A DNA stretch of 63,369 nt, the filler included, from Sphacelaria rigidula (Eukaryota): assembly GCA_964200075.2 (NCBI GenBank). It is 6 parts of 6 records of this genome, joined end to end, with 100 filler letters (N's around TTAATTAATTAA, not from the genome) between each part and the next. Parts side by side here need not be neighbours in the genome. Positions count along the whole stretch, not along the records: positions 10,581 to 21,059 come from CAXNAA020006426.1; positions 21,160 to 31,638 come from CAXNAA020006427.1; 4 more parts are not named here. One strand, given 5' to 3'. Position numbers and translations under genes: made by a program. Each line of letters begins with the position of its first letter. The stretch's first letter is position 1. Shown piece by piece: positions 12,614 to 25,149 of this stretch. Below the pieces are notes generated by a model. It saw nothing but the letters and a program-made list of their open reading frames with translations, was not told the DNA's origin and ran no database searches.

Positions 12614-14559
12614 TTGGGAAACCAAAACCACTTCCCTGGGATACGAGAACTCCCGCACATGATTGAAGTCGGAGTACCAATGAACACATCGTCTCGCGAT
12701 CCCGATCCTCGAGGAGCGCTAAAATACGGTATTCACCGCAGTATTGAAGAACATATGCCTCAAGTCTGGGAGAAGTTGGTAGAGGATGTACGAAGGAACA
12801 GATGCCTGGTGTTTGAAAAAGAGGCGGCGCTCGAAATCAGAGGCCTCAGAGTGGCCCCGCTTGGGGCAGTAGAAACTGGCAAAGTCAGGATTATCAACGA
12901 TTTTTCGTTTGATCCCAGCGACCGAAGGGAGGAAAAGGCGGCCTCAACCGGGACACGATTGTAGACGAGGCGCCGCAATGCCTCTGCGGAGAGGCACTCC
13001 CAAACTACTGAATGAAATCCTGAAGTTACGTGTCAAGTTTCCGGATAGTAGAATCCTACTGTCAAAGGCGGATGTCTCGAATGCATTCAGAAATGTCAGG
13101 ATCGCGCCCGACCAGGCGCAAAACTGCTACTACGTGGTAAGCGACGTTATAGTAGCAATCTTTCGGCTCACGTTTGGATGGACGGGATCCCCCGGCTACT
13201 GGGGACTCTTATCACAGGCCACTGAACATGCACACTGCAATACCACAATACTCGACGCTGTAATACTCGACGAAAGTAGAGAGGTGATGAAACACGTGAC
13301 CACAGTCGAGCCCTGGGAAGAAGGGACGCCTACAAATGTCCCGCCCTACACTGCTATTCCCCCAGCAAACGGGGGGGGAATGCGCGACCCCTTTTTCGTT
13401 AGCGTGTATGTGGACGACTATATCCTAGTAAGGGTACAGCACGGCGCGCAAGATAAACCGGCGCTAGCCGCGTCAGCTTCGCTAGCCTTAGATCACATCA
13501 GACTGTTCGGTCCCGGAGAGCCAAGCGAGATACCCATCCTCGTACCTAAATAAAGTACAAACTGGGACACCAGTGTAGGCGCGTTGGGATTCACGATGAA
13601 CACACACACCATGAGGATAGCGGTCACTCGAGGAAAGGTCGAAGCTATCAAAGAATCGCTGGAGGGCGACTGGCCCGCGGGCAAGACACGCACGACCGCG
13701 CAAGTCGTACTTAGCATAGCTGGAAAACTCTGGAGCCTCACGTTTGTCGTAAGACCCGGAAAATACTTCGTATGGCAACTACTGCGCCTCACCGACCTAC
13801 ATACACGTAGCCGCAAAAAAGAAACGTAAGGTGAGACGAACAGTGAACCTTGGCTGGGAGTTTCACGAGGATATCGCCTTTTGGAAATGGGCTATTGCGG
13901 AGAACCTGGTGCAACGCGGTGAATCGCTTAGCGTCTCGTTGTTTGCCAACACCAAACGCACCGCATCTCGTAGATACATCTCCGACACGAGGCTACCACC
14001 GGTAGGAGGGTATTGCCCAGAGCTCGGGTTATTCTGGCGGTATTCTTCACCACATGAGCTCACACGCGAACTGAAGAGAGCAAGAAATTGATAAACCTGT
14101 GCGATCACCATCAATCTACTAGAACTATGTAGAATGTTCATGACCGCCTGCGCTCTCCAGATGTTTAAGGGCGAAAGGCCCACAGAGAGAGGGGACCGAA
14201 TCCTGATGCGCGGCGACAACTCGTCGGCTGTACACTGGGTAAATAAATGCGGGTGATCAAAAGACAGACGCGCCGCCCTCCTGATGCGAATGATGGGTCG
14301 CATGGAAGTCGCCACTGGGTAGTGTACTATAGCGAAACACATACCTGGCGTCGAAAACGAGCTAGCAGACGGCATCTCGAGATGGTCGGAGTCAGAGGTG
14401 ACCGAGAGGGTAGCACGGTTGTCAGGGAATCTCAATTGGAAGCAGCTAGAGCTAGGAAATCGAGGCAGAGAGATACTCGAATTGATTCTGCAAAAAAGAC
14501 CCCTGGACCACAGCCTAGACGAACAGATCTGGAACATAATGTCACGACAAGCAGACTGA
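12614..14559 (+). pseudogene. Reverse transcriptase and RNase H of the YR retrotransposon (disrupted)
   Basis: RT motifs APLGAV..KVRIINDFSF, SKADVSNAF, RLTFGWTGSP, YVDD. RNase H motifs ISD..VGGY, INLLEL, RGDNSSAV, HIPGVENELADGISR. Confidence 0.9.
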
Positions 14560-14639
14560 ACCCGCGCTGAACTCGTGATACCATTGCAAGACAAAAGGGA
14601 GGCCCCGCCAGAGATGAGAAGGGCGTTGCAAAGCTAGTA

Positions 14640-16117
14640 GAGCTACTAGCCTACGCGTCAATTAACACCAGCACGAGAAGCGGGTACGAGAAAAATTTCG
14701 AAACGTGGTCGGAGTGGAGGGCCCGCCGAGAGAAGCTCGTAGATATGTCAAGGACCGACGGCGAGGCTAGCGCGGTCATCAGTATCACTGAATTTATTGC
14801 GTGACGGCTTTTTACCCACAAAACCCAGAGGGGGATAATGCGGGGGTGTTTGTCAGCGATAAGCTTTTACCACAAGATGTATACCGGTTGGGAGTCACCT
14901 ATGAAACACTGTATGGACACGGGATCCTACAAATTGGGGATGGATCTTTTATTGGGAATGAGAAACCTGGAGAATTCAAATTGTCGTATCCACACCAAAT
15001 CTTCGAAATATGATTCCAGTTCTTCACCTACTGATAGCTATTGACAACTGCTACACGCCATAGAAATGTGGATGTCGATCACCGAAATGTTGTGTTCTTA
15101 GGTGAAAACCCAATTTCGAAACCATTTAGGCGTCCGTTCGGACACCCAGAATTCCCAAAAATTGGTTTTTCGCCTGGGACCTCAACATTCCGGTTATCGA
15201 GATCGAAATTTTTATGTCGTGTAGTAGTTGTCAAAAGCTATCACTAGATGAAAAAATGGGACCATATTTCGAAGATTTGGTGTGGATACGAAGATTTTAT
15301 TTCTCCAGATTTCTCATCCCCAATAGAAGATCCATCCCCAATTTGTAAGATCCCGTGTTCATGATAGCAGCCGTGCTCAAGGGAGTGGATCGAGCGCACG
15401 GAAAATCGGAAGTAAGGCCCCGCGTGCGAAAACCGCTGACGCTATCGCTGTTGGTAGAAGGGAGAATGCTAGAGACGGATACGACACAGAGCCGAGTCAG
15501 ATGGATAGGCCTAGTCCTATAGTATTTTCTTCTATGCAGGGCCTCCGAAATATGGGCATGCAACGATGGTTCGGTACATCCAGATTTTTGCCTCCGGAGG
15601 GGAGGCCTTACCTTTTCCAGAGAAAACTCCCAACTGATCTGGTCACACAGGGGTCTGGTCGATAGGGTCGAGGTGCGTCTTAGTGCCTCCAAGGCGGACC
15701 AAAAACTCCTAGGGGCGGTTGTATCCCGAATAAGAGTAGGGGGAAGCGCGCGGGGCGCCGAAATATCTGAAAACACAGGGGCGCTAGAGCTCCTACTCGA
15801 GCTGCTTGACTACCACTCAGAGTTGGGGGCAGAAGCTCCACTGATGCAGACCGTATGTAAGACCGGATGGGTAGCAGTTACTCGGGCACTCGCGACGAGC
15901 GCGCTCAGGCTGCTAATTTCCAGTACAGAGCGGGACCCGACGGAGTACCGCGCTGCACTCCGGTAGGATCGGAGGGGCAACACATCTAGCGGCGCAGGGG
16001 GCGTTGCAACTTCAGATTCAGAGGGCGGGGAGGTGGAAACTGCTGGCCTTTATGACGTACGTAAGAGCGGGGGGCGAAGGAGGGAAATTCGTATCGCAGG
16101 CACTCGCTGGGGAGTAA
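14640..16117 (+). pseudogene. Tyrosine recombinase (disrupted, interrupted by a MITE at 14915-15360)
   Basis: N-terminal STRSGYEKNFETW and LSAISFYHK. Catalytic motifs YFLLCRASEI (R), SKADQ (K), HSGRIGGAT (HxxR) and GRWKLLAFMTYVR (W...Y). Stop TAA at 16115-16117. Confidence 0.9.
14915..15360. mobile_element. Foldback MITE family A (446 bp), AT target duplication
   Basis: GGACACGGGATCC...GATCCCGTGTTC with ~170-bp complementary arms. Removing it restores the YR frame ...KHCM|IAAVLKGVDRAH.... Confidence 0.92.
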
Positions 16118-16775
16118 AATACAAACAAAGAAAGTATTAAATTGAAGTGAAGAAAAAAAGGAGAAGGAAAAAGGGAACGGATCGGGCTGCCCAATGGGGT
16201 AAGGGTGACCAACCGCAAGGATGGGCCGATATTAAGTACAGTAGTCTCGGGTTAGCCCGATTGTTTCTCAACTACGAGAACGTGTTTTTTGTCTCGCAGT
16301 TATGTTTGTGTTAGTTTTCCGTATTCTCTACATCCCAAATAATCCATAATTCTTGAGCCAAAAGCAAATGGGTGTACTCAGTAAGAATACGAGGTTTGTG
16401 CTGGCGGATGGAGAATTATAAGGGATGCACTCTGGTGTATGCCGAACTGGAAATAAGATATACGGGATCGCGGCCAAGGCGCAAGCGCCGCAGAGTTGGT
16501 TCAAGCGGGCGAGACTGGTCTGGTGCAATAGCACCAAAGAAACAGACAGTATCATTCGAGACCAGTTGACCAAACAGCGACCCGCCAGCAGTCTCAGTAG
16601 TACAGTAGTCCCTGGCACTTGATGGATTTTTCCCACCCACCACCCTATCGCTCAAGGGAGGCAGATCTGGGTTCGAATCTGCACAACACTGCTTGTCGAT
16701 AGGACTGGGAACTGGTCGTTATGAGACCAATCCCCTGTCAAAAGGGGATTGTGAAGAAGGGGATAATCCCCTTCT

Positions 16776-16885
16776 TTAATCCCTAGACCGCGACGGGGGG
16801 TGACCTGCTGAATCGGCATCAATTTTTACTTGGAAAAATAATGCGTGATCCAGATGGACTACCCGCTTCGCGGTCTAAGGGTTAA
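16776..16885. mobile_element. piggyBac-type MITE copy (another degenerate copy at ~17274-17372)
   Basis: TTAA-TCCCTAGACCGCG...CGCGGTCTAAGGG-TTAA. Confidence 0.85.
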
Positions 16886-17885
16886 GAAGGGCCCTGACAG
16901 CTCTAGCACTCTCTCTCCTTCACGCCGGCGGAAAAAAAAGGCGAATCCCATCGCTCTTCATTGAAGGCGTCCGTCTCTTCTGTCCCTTTTCCATTCCATT
17001 CCAATGTAAGAAAGGATAGGGAAATTGGAGGTGCGATGCGAAGCAGAGCAATCTATTTCTTGACAATGCAAACTATTGTTTTGGGGGCGGAAAGGTACCA
17101 AAGCAATTGGAGACTCGCGTTCATCCCTAGAGTGCACTGAGTACAGTATCGACTTCTGCACCTAGTGCACGAGGAAATAGATCCCACGCTGTACGCAGTA
17201 CATCTTTTGACGATGTAACATATTACCCAGAGTGCGGAAAGGTACCAATGCTACTGGAGACTCCCGTGACTCCGTGACCGCGAGGGGATGTTATCTGGGC
17301 CATGTGATATTTTTTCCATGTGAACTTGATGCCGGCTCAATAGATGACCTATGCTCGCGGTCAAAGGATTAACCTTGACTGTTCAGGGAATTTCCAAACA
17401 AACTGCTACGAGTAGGAAGGTCAAGAATTGAATCGTGCCCACCGGGGATCGTAGATGTGCTCGAGAACCCTTGACATACCTGAGCAATGCTACGATAGGG
17501 GTTGCACTTTTTGTTTCTGGGTCTCGTTTTTGTAGAAGCCCAAATATATAAGGTTTACTGTGCAACCCAAATCTCCGGGGACAGGACGTGGAAATGGACA
17601 CAGGGGCCTTTTCGTGAATCGGCATCATTTTCAGTTTTTTTCAAGTGAAAATGATGCCGACTCTCAAAATGATCCGTGCAACACTCCGAGAAATACTTTC
17701 GCTTAAAAAGTGGAACCCTACCGTAGCATCACTCACATATATATGATATTTATGAGAGTAGAGCAAGTAATTCCAAGGTTGACGAATCCACAACGCAACC
17801 CGAGAAAACACGCACATATATTCACAGCACAAGTGCATCATGCCTGGCGTTAGCTCTTGCTAATCTATACACAGTACTCTTTGTT

Positions 17886-20800
17886 TCACTCCAACCCGTT
17901 GCATAAGTGTTGAAGGCAGACCGGGAGTGTATGCGCAACAAACCTCGCTTCATATGGAGTCGCTGATCGGTTGTGGGTGAGTTATACGGCGCCTGTCTAA
18001 CCGAAATCATCGTGTCTCATTCAGTTTTGAAACGATTTTCTCTGAGCTAAAATGTCGTGCTCAGTTGATAACAGGGAGGCGTGGATAGTAGCGAAATAAC
18101 CTGGTTGGCTGAGTTGTTGGACGACGGTCGATGTGGTGCAAGAGGGAGTGCTGATGGTCACGATTCAATCCGCGTTACCAAAACGAAGTACTGGGGGAAA
18201 GGCGGGTTGATCCAATAAGACCACGGACTCATCCCGAGGAAGGAGCGGAGGAGTTAGAAGTGAGACGAAAAGATTCACAACCGAGATGACTGGCCGATTG
18301 GTGGGATGGTAATTTGAAAACCTTGAATTGCTATGCTACAGGAGCAGCATGCAGGCTTGGACAGGAGATCCTGCCTGTAAATTGGGAACGAGCTTTTTTT
18401 TTATGAGAATAAAAACATGTTTGGAGGACTCGAAATCAGGCCGAAAGGCACCTTACCCCCCCCCACCCTACTGTACCGCTGGCGTCGTTTTTTCTCGCCC
18501 TCATTTTTTCCCGGCTTCAATATATATATATTATGTACATGTATCATTTCACTTTTGTCACCACTTTTTCCGAATTTTCTCTGGCGGCAAGGCATCTCAT
18601 CACGCGCTTACTTTTGCAGTGCACGAAGAAGGCGCAGCGGTACATTGCCTTCCAGGTTTGGGTGTCATCTGATACCTGTGGCGCGTGTTACGGCCATCGA
18701 AAGTCGCCCGCACTGGCTCTTTTTTCGCGGGGTGTCGATCCCGAACAACAAAAGCCTTCCCAAGTTTATGAAAAACTTCAAGTAGCAGAAGGATGTTTGT
18801 TGGTGGGGTATTTTCCCCCCGTGTTTCTCTTCGTCGCGCTCTCGTTCATTTGATAGCACGAGTACCCCGCTTATGCCGCCAATGTCACGAGAACATGAGA
18901 GCAATGTAGTTGAAATCATTTGAACATTGCCTTGGTCTTAGTCAGCAGCAAACACCAGACCGTGCGGTGAGCCTTTGACGAGCTGAACAAGGCACACACG
19001 TGGCCAAATGTCCCCACTGTGGATCAACTGTGTTGACCAGCAAATGGGGGTGCCGAAATCCCTGTGATCATGCAACCCGTAGGATGCACCTGTGAAACGT
19101 AGGCGCAGGGATATCCTTTTGACAGGGTTGACAGGTTTGTCCTTGTGACAGCGATGACAGGCACAGGGATGCCCTTGTGGCAGAGATGACAGATATGCCC
19201 TTGTGACAAGGATGCATCCCTACACAAGTACTTCACAGAGGGGACCTAAAGAAATGTTCGTAAGCAATGGTTGGTACTATGGATATGCCACGAACCCTAA
19301 CGCTAACCCCAACCCTAACATCAACCAAGGCATACCGAGAACTCTCGGGCAAAGGGGGTGCAGAGTGTTTCTTAAGGGCCGTTATTATCGACACGGCTTT
19401 TTAGGAGATCGCCAAGGTTTTCGGCATTTTCGCACCTGGCGCTTGACCTTCTCCGAAAATGAAGCGGCTGGATTTTCCCGCCAAGCCTTCACGTTTGGTG
19501 AACACCAAATGTTTCGGACCGTAGCGCAATACTTCGCAGAGCTGCCCTTGGCGGACGCCGTGGAGCTCGCAAGCACCCGAGAATCATCAGGAACCTTGCT
19601 AGTGACACCCTGGGCTATGCCGTAGAGTAAAAAGCACCGCGGATTGGCGGTGTCTATTTTCTTAGACCGTGTGTGCCCCGGCAGCGGTGTTGGGGCTGTT
19701 GGGGTCAAGCACGGTGATCGTCGTTTGCAGACAAACGCACTTCCTAAGTGAAGAGCAAAAACAATCCAATAACTACCTACTTGCCTGCAGTGCTGCTTCG
19801 AGTGTACGCTACTCCACCGTCTGAAAAGTGTATAGCTGGGGTTTTTATTTGGTGTATCTGCGCATACAACTCACAGAGAGCAAGCATGCTGCAATCTATG
19901 CACGGGGCTTTCTACAGTCGGTATTTTTACTCATGTGTGCTCCTGCAGCATCCCGAGAGCGCCAGTCGATCACGCCCTAGCCCGTCCGACTGCTCCCCCG
20001 TGTCACAGAGAGGTTGTGAGAAATATCTTCGCCACAGATATGAACGCCATACACGGCAGGCAGCATAACCCTGCCCTTTATTTTGCCGGCGAAGGCAAGA
20101 AAACGACGAGGTCAGCACCATCTGTAATGAGATATCAAACAGCTAATAACGAGCCCTAGGCTATGGCCGGAAATTCAGACCTTCTCCAATTTTTTTCATT
20201 TGACGATAATGGAGGCCCTAAGTAAAGCGTGCGTTGCGAGAGCTCAAATAGATGCCTTTCGAGAGCTCAAATCGATGCCTTTGAGACGATTTTGGACCAA
20301 AACACGTTCTGAACGACCTGGGTCTACTGCTCATCACCGCTCACCTGCCCCAAATCATGGATTCTCTCAGAACTTTCTTCAGTCTGGAATCAAGTAAAAT
20401 CGAGTACCAATCATCACATTGGAAAATGCGGGTATATGATATTAACAGCCGATCCTAATTTTTGGGGTTGAACTATAAAATGAGGTTCAACCCGCAAATC
20501 GCTTCCGTTGGGAAAATACAAAACAGTAACACAGAGGGGAGGTATTTTCCCCCAACACTCCGCAGGAGGAGTTGGGCAGTTCGGGCTAGGTGCACCCAAC
20601 GAATGCGGTGTACACGCGTGTCGATGGCGATATCACCAAAGAGAGAAGCAACGACAGAGAGGAAGCTCCTCGCCCGTGTCCTTTGTGTGTCCTCGCTCGG
20701 CGATTACCAATCGCTCGAGAGACTGGCATCATTGATCTTACCAGCATGTGCCAAATTTTCCATGTCCCGAAACACCAAGCTGCGGAGAAATACCGTTGTC

Positions 20801-20900
20801 TCTTCGTCTTGCCTGAGCACCTCATCATCGATGCGAAGATCAGTGTCTCTCTGGCTCTCTTTTTGGACAGCACGCGCCTCTGTGCGCTGAAGAACATGTC
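17886..20900 (-). CDS. Tentative 3' part of an unknown multi-exon gene; exons ~20900-20742, 19614-19436, 18675-18612, 17962-17886
   Basis: Four candidate exons with GT-AG ends (donors gtaaga, gtgcga, gtaagc) join in phase: ...FRDMENLAHA/AQGVTSK...SEKVKRQ/VSDDTQTWKAMYRCAFFVHCK/TTPYEARFVAHTLPVCLQHLCNGLE*. No domain is recognised. Confidence 0.38.
19293..19380 (+). repeat. Dispersed repeat carrying degenerate (CCCTAA)n; second copy at ~32210-32303
   Basis: Both copies have a CCCTAA-like run followed by AAGGCATACCGA...CTCGGGC..GGGGGTGC. Confidence 0.75.
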
Positions 20901-23900
20901 CTTGAAAAACAGGGCAATATTTCCGTCACCGCTACTACTGTTCTCTGTCACACACGTGCCTGCGAGGACGGTGCTCCGGCAAAACCAGATAGATCCAATA
21001 TGAACTTAGGGGGTGTTATTCATCGTCGATTGTCCGCCACCCCGGCCGGGCGCTTGACCNNNNNNNNNNNNNNNNNNNNNNNNNNNNNNNNNNNNNNNNN
21101 NNNTTAATTAATTAANNNNNNNNNNNNNNNNNNNNNNNNNNNNNNNNNNNNNNNNNNNNCACGAGCCGACTCATTATACTAAAACCAAGTAATTTCCAGA
21201 CGAATCATTATTTGTCCGACCCTTGGCACATTGTTCTACCCTCTGCCGCAGGTACCGAGATCGTCTTCAGGACAAATGAAGATGCATTCTCCGACCGTCG
21301 TGCGTTACATCAACTATTTGAAGAGAGCGAGCAGGAATGTGTAATGCCCCGTTTCAGAGGTATCTCAAACTCGACGTTCCCCATACATTAGACTGTAAAT
21401 AGCCGCGAAATGTTCCAGGAACCTCGAGTTTGATATGCCCATTCTAATTTTGAATGATTTCGACATCCGTTCATTTCCCGACGGGAAATCTCCACCCCGA
21501 TGTCCATAACCTCCGAGTGGAAGGGGAATTCATAGGTAGAGGATGATGCTTTCGTTTTCCCCATCAAATAGCGTCAAATGGTGACCGGAGCGTGCATTAG
21601 CACTTGGTTTATAGTTACTGCAATCGTAATGCAGGTTCCCACCACCCATCCTCCATAACACCTGCTCCCGCGAATCATGAAACCCCCTGTTCTGTGTTCC
21701 CGATACATCGATGCTGCTGAAATAGCACGGGGTGGTACCCGCGACGCTGATTTTCTCGACTTTGCTTTTCCCTGTGATCGCTTGATTCCGCGCGAATATG
21801 AGACTATTTTTGGGAACAAGATGGCTGACACTATAACCATCGTTTTTCGTTGGGTTAGAGACCTTGACCACAACAGGTGAATTATGATCTAGAACGAAAG
21901 CAAGTCTCCCAATTACGGTGAGGGACCCCCTCGCCGGGGAAGGGGGCGGGGCATTCTCCATGAGAAGTACCTCCCACGGCCATGGTAATTTTGCGCTGGA
22001 TTGCATCGTCACCAGAATGATGCACAGCTGACAACAAGCCGGCACACCAAGCCCCGTCGCTGCATACCCGAAAATGATCATCATCCATGTCTAAGAGTCA
22101 CCCACGGGGCACACACGGTATCGGGTTGTCGCCACTCGATGAGTGAAGAACTTCGAAGGTGAGACGGACGCTCGCCAACCACTGGAACCCCCGTCATTTC
22201 AGATGTCAGAGAAGCCGATACAAGAAAGCATCTGAACACGCGCCAGGAACGCTCGCGCGTCGGAGGATTAACCACCGGGTGGAGAGACCGTGACCCTGCG
22301 CGCATGCCGCAGCAAAGCACGATATGGGAGTGCTAGGATGTCAAAAGTGCACAAATGAAGAAAGTCGAACCGTGGAACAATTGTCACTGGAATATAAGAA
22401 CAGATCCTCCAAGTATCGAGCAGAGGCAACGCAAACATTTCGTCGTTAAACAAACGGTCCCTGCGCCATCGCTTCGGCGCGTATCATCGTGCACCGTAAC
22501 CCAAGTGCCACGACAAAAAAGTGAAACAAAACACAAGACAGAAAACCCAAACGAGTCATAGGCGACTCATATGTGTAGACCTCACCACTACAGGAATGAA
22601 GCACACACACCCAGCTCCTGCGAGACCGATATACTACCTGTACAATCACAGACACCGACAACAAGGAAGACACACGGAGCAAGGCTACAAAATACGAAGA
22701 AGGCCGAGAAGGGCGGCAAAAAGAATTCCAGCCCGCCGAACATCACGCCACAGAGGACAATTGAAACACGCAATACGAGGCGCCTCGTATTCAGAACCCA
22801 CAGCCCAAGTCAGCGACTCAGTGGGCCAAACAGGCATGTCTATTGTGCAATGTGCGCCGAATTTATCGCACGAATCTATCCTCGGGCACGGAGCGCAGCA
22901 CACCCGCAAACTCGGACAGCAGTAATCCTCACGGTTCGCTGCCGCCCCCGACACCACAACGCGTCGGCGTCGACATGTGGACACAACGAATTCACCACGA
23001 TCACAGAAGGATGTATGATTCGTCGTGACATGCGGGTAGGAACCGTGACCCCAACTTCCGGCAGGGCAGACTATCGTGGATCCAAAGTGAGGTTTAACTG
23101 CCCGCCCCTTCCCTCCATTTATCTTGGAGTTGTTACACCCTTCACACCAACAGCGTGGAGGCTTTCCGTAGACGCCTGGTGAATCCACACGACCCTCTAT
23201 CTTGGCGAAAGCTTTGCGTACTGTCGACGGAATCTCTCCATCCCCGACCTACAGAACGGGGCATGCCTCGGTGGAGCAGTCCCACCGAGGCATCTGCGCT
23301 GTCCGTCCATGTGCTCCGAGCGATTCTGTTTTCCCGAAGGCCGCCTGCACAGGGAGTCAAGGATTAGAGGAGATGGACGCGGCGCGGACCCGGTTGGCGC
23401 AATGAAATATTCAAGAAAGACAGATATTATTTTTTAAAGCCGGGGGCGGCTGTGACCAGCACGAGTTTCGTGTGCATCGTCGAAGGGGTGGCGCGGACGC
23501 CGTGTGCATGACAGCTGCGCACGCACAACGTGCGCCGGCCACGACGTTCTGTCGCCGGAATGGCAGGTATCAACAGCATTTGGTGTGGGAGATGGGTGCT
23601 GAGGTGCGGAGGCAAGAGGTGGGTTCACGCCATACCACAGAAACCCCGAGGACGGGAAAGTATGTGACTGCGAACCCGCCGTTCGACTGAGAACTGCCGC
23701 GCCCTGCTCGTGTCATGGGACTTTTGTCACCAGTGGGATGGCCGAAATATGAATTCCATCCCCCAAGCTTTGTCTTCTTTACTTTGTGCATGTGAGCTCT
23801 CAACTTCGTTTGGATACCAGTTGTTTAAACGAATACATGGCCCGATCGCGCAGCTCTACTAAAAGATACGAGTGATTTCGCATGCGACGGCAGTACTGTA

Positions 23901-24563
23901 CACGGATACTCTTAATAGGAGCTCTCACCAGGGCTTTAGAAAGAAAATACATGTAGAAAACGATGCAATCACCAAAACGCTGAAATCATTTTATGTCGTA
24001 ATTTCCGCACAGCGTCCGAGCATAGGGTCGACGCACTTGGTGGTCGTACCGACATCGAGAACATGCTTTGACGGAGGGGTCTACGGCAGTTCGCGCGCCG
24101 CCGGCATAACGTGCTGAGTGCGTGTTTTGCGACTTCCTTCCGTCGAAGAAAAGGGGTGATGGTGATCAATTTCAGCGAAATTCGTTCATTTTCTCTAGCG
24201 TTGCGTCGAAGCGAATTTTCAAGCTTTCTATCGGAAGAGGACGGTGAAAATCATGAAGCGGTACATGGTTATTTGGGAACAATGTAGACGATCCGTATTG
24301 TCTGCACTGTTTGCATGCAGTATATGTTGACTTCGTGTCTGCGTGTTTCGTACAGCAAGATGTGAAAGAGGAGCGGGCCACAAACACAAATTTAAGCGCA
24401 GCATCATCTATCCTCTCTGCCTACAATGCGACGTGAAAAGGACTCGGACAATGCGCAGCTTTGTACATGCATTGTGTCCATGACCTCGTCCCCGAGGGAG
24501 TTGGCCACCTCAACACGTCGTTCTATCCCTGGTCCCTACGATGACAAAAGATGGTCAAGTTTT

Positions 24564-25149
24564 CACACGTCGGACGAGCGCGAGTATGACTCGTTGCTCG
24601 CACTCGCTGGGTTGCTCGTGGTGGGAAAAGTAATGGGGTGAGTACTCGAGTCACTGCCCGTGGTGGAAAAAATTAACAGAACAAGTACTCGAGCCATTGG
24701 TCGTTGTGGGGAAAATTAATAGGGCGAGTACTCCAGTCATTGCTCGTGGTGAAAACAAAATACAGGGCGAGAACTCGATTCAATGCTCGTGGTGGAAACA
24801 CTCATCACGGGGAGTACTGGAGTCAGTGCTCGTGGTGGCGACACTTATTACGGGGCAGTACTCGAGTCAGTGCTCGTGATGGGAAAAAATCGATGGGCAA
24901 GCACTCGAGTCATCATGATGGAAAACACTCATAGGTCCAGCACTCCAGTAATTGTTCGTGGTGGAAAAATGAATGACTCGAGCACACGAGTCATCGGCCT
25001 TGGCGAAAACAAATAAATAACTCGAACACATGAGTCATGCTCGTTGTAAAAAAAAAAGCGGCGCGACCACACGAGTCATGCTCGTGGTGTTTTCAAAAAA
25101 CATCAACGAGTGCACTCGTTTCGATAAGTAATGATTCGTCCGACGTGTG
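24564..25149. mobile_element. Non-autonomous hAT-type element with an internal ~43-bp tandem array
   Basis: Perfect 14-bp TIR CACACGTCGGACGA/TCGTCCGACGTGTG, flanked by an exact 8-bp duplication CAAGTTTT (24556-24563 and 25150-25157). Confidence 0.9.

Larger units (their letters stand above)
10581..16775 (+). mobile_element. Tyrosine-recombinase retrotransposon (DIRS order, Ngaro-like), decayed, 5' end beyond the contig edge
   Basis: Order is ORF1-RT-RNase H-YR with no recognisable methyltransferase domain. Multiple stops and frameshifts are present. Confidence 0.9.

Noticed and set aside
21250..23400. Candidate exons and ORFs on both strands (e.g. 21530-22084 -, 22571-23182 +)
   Set aside because: No consistent splice chain or recognisable domain, and the strand is ambiguous.
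24600..25100. CRISPR array
   Set aside because: The variable parts are only ~10-13 bp and resemble each other, no cas genes are present, the context is eukaryotic, and the array lies inside TIRs with a TSD.
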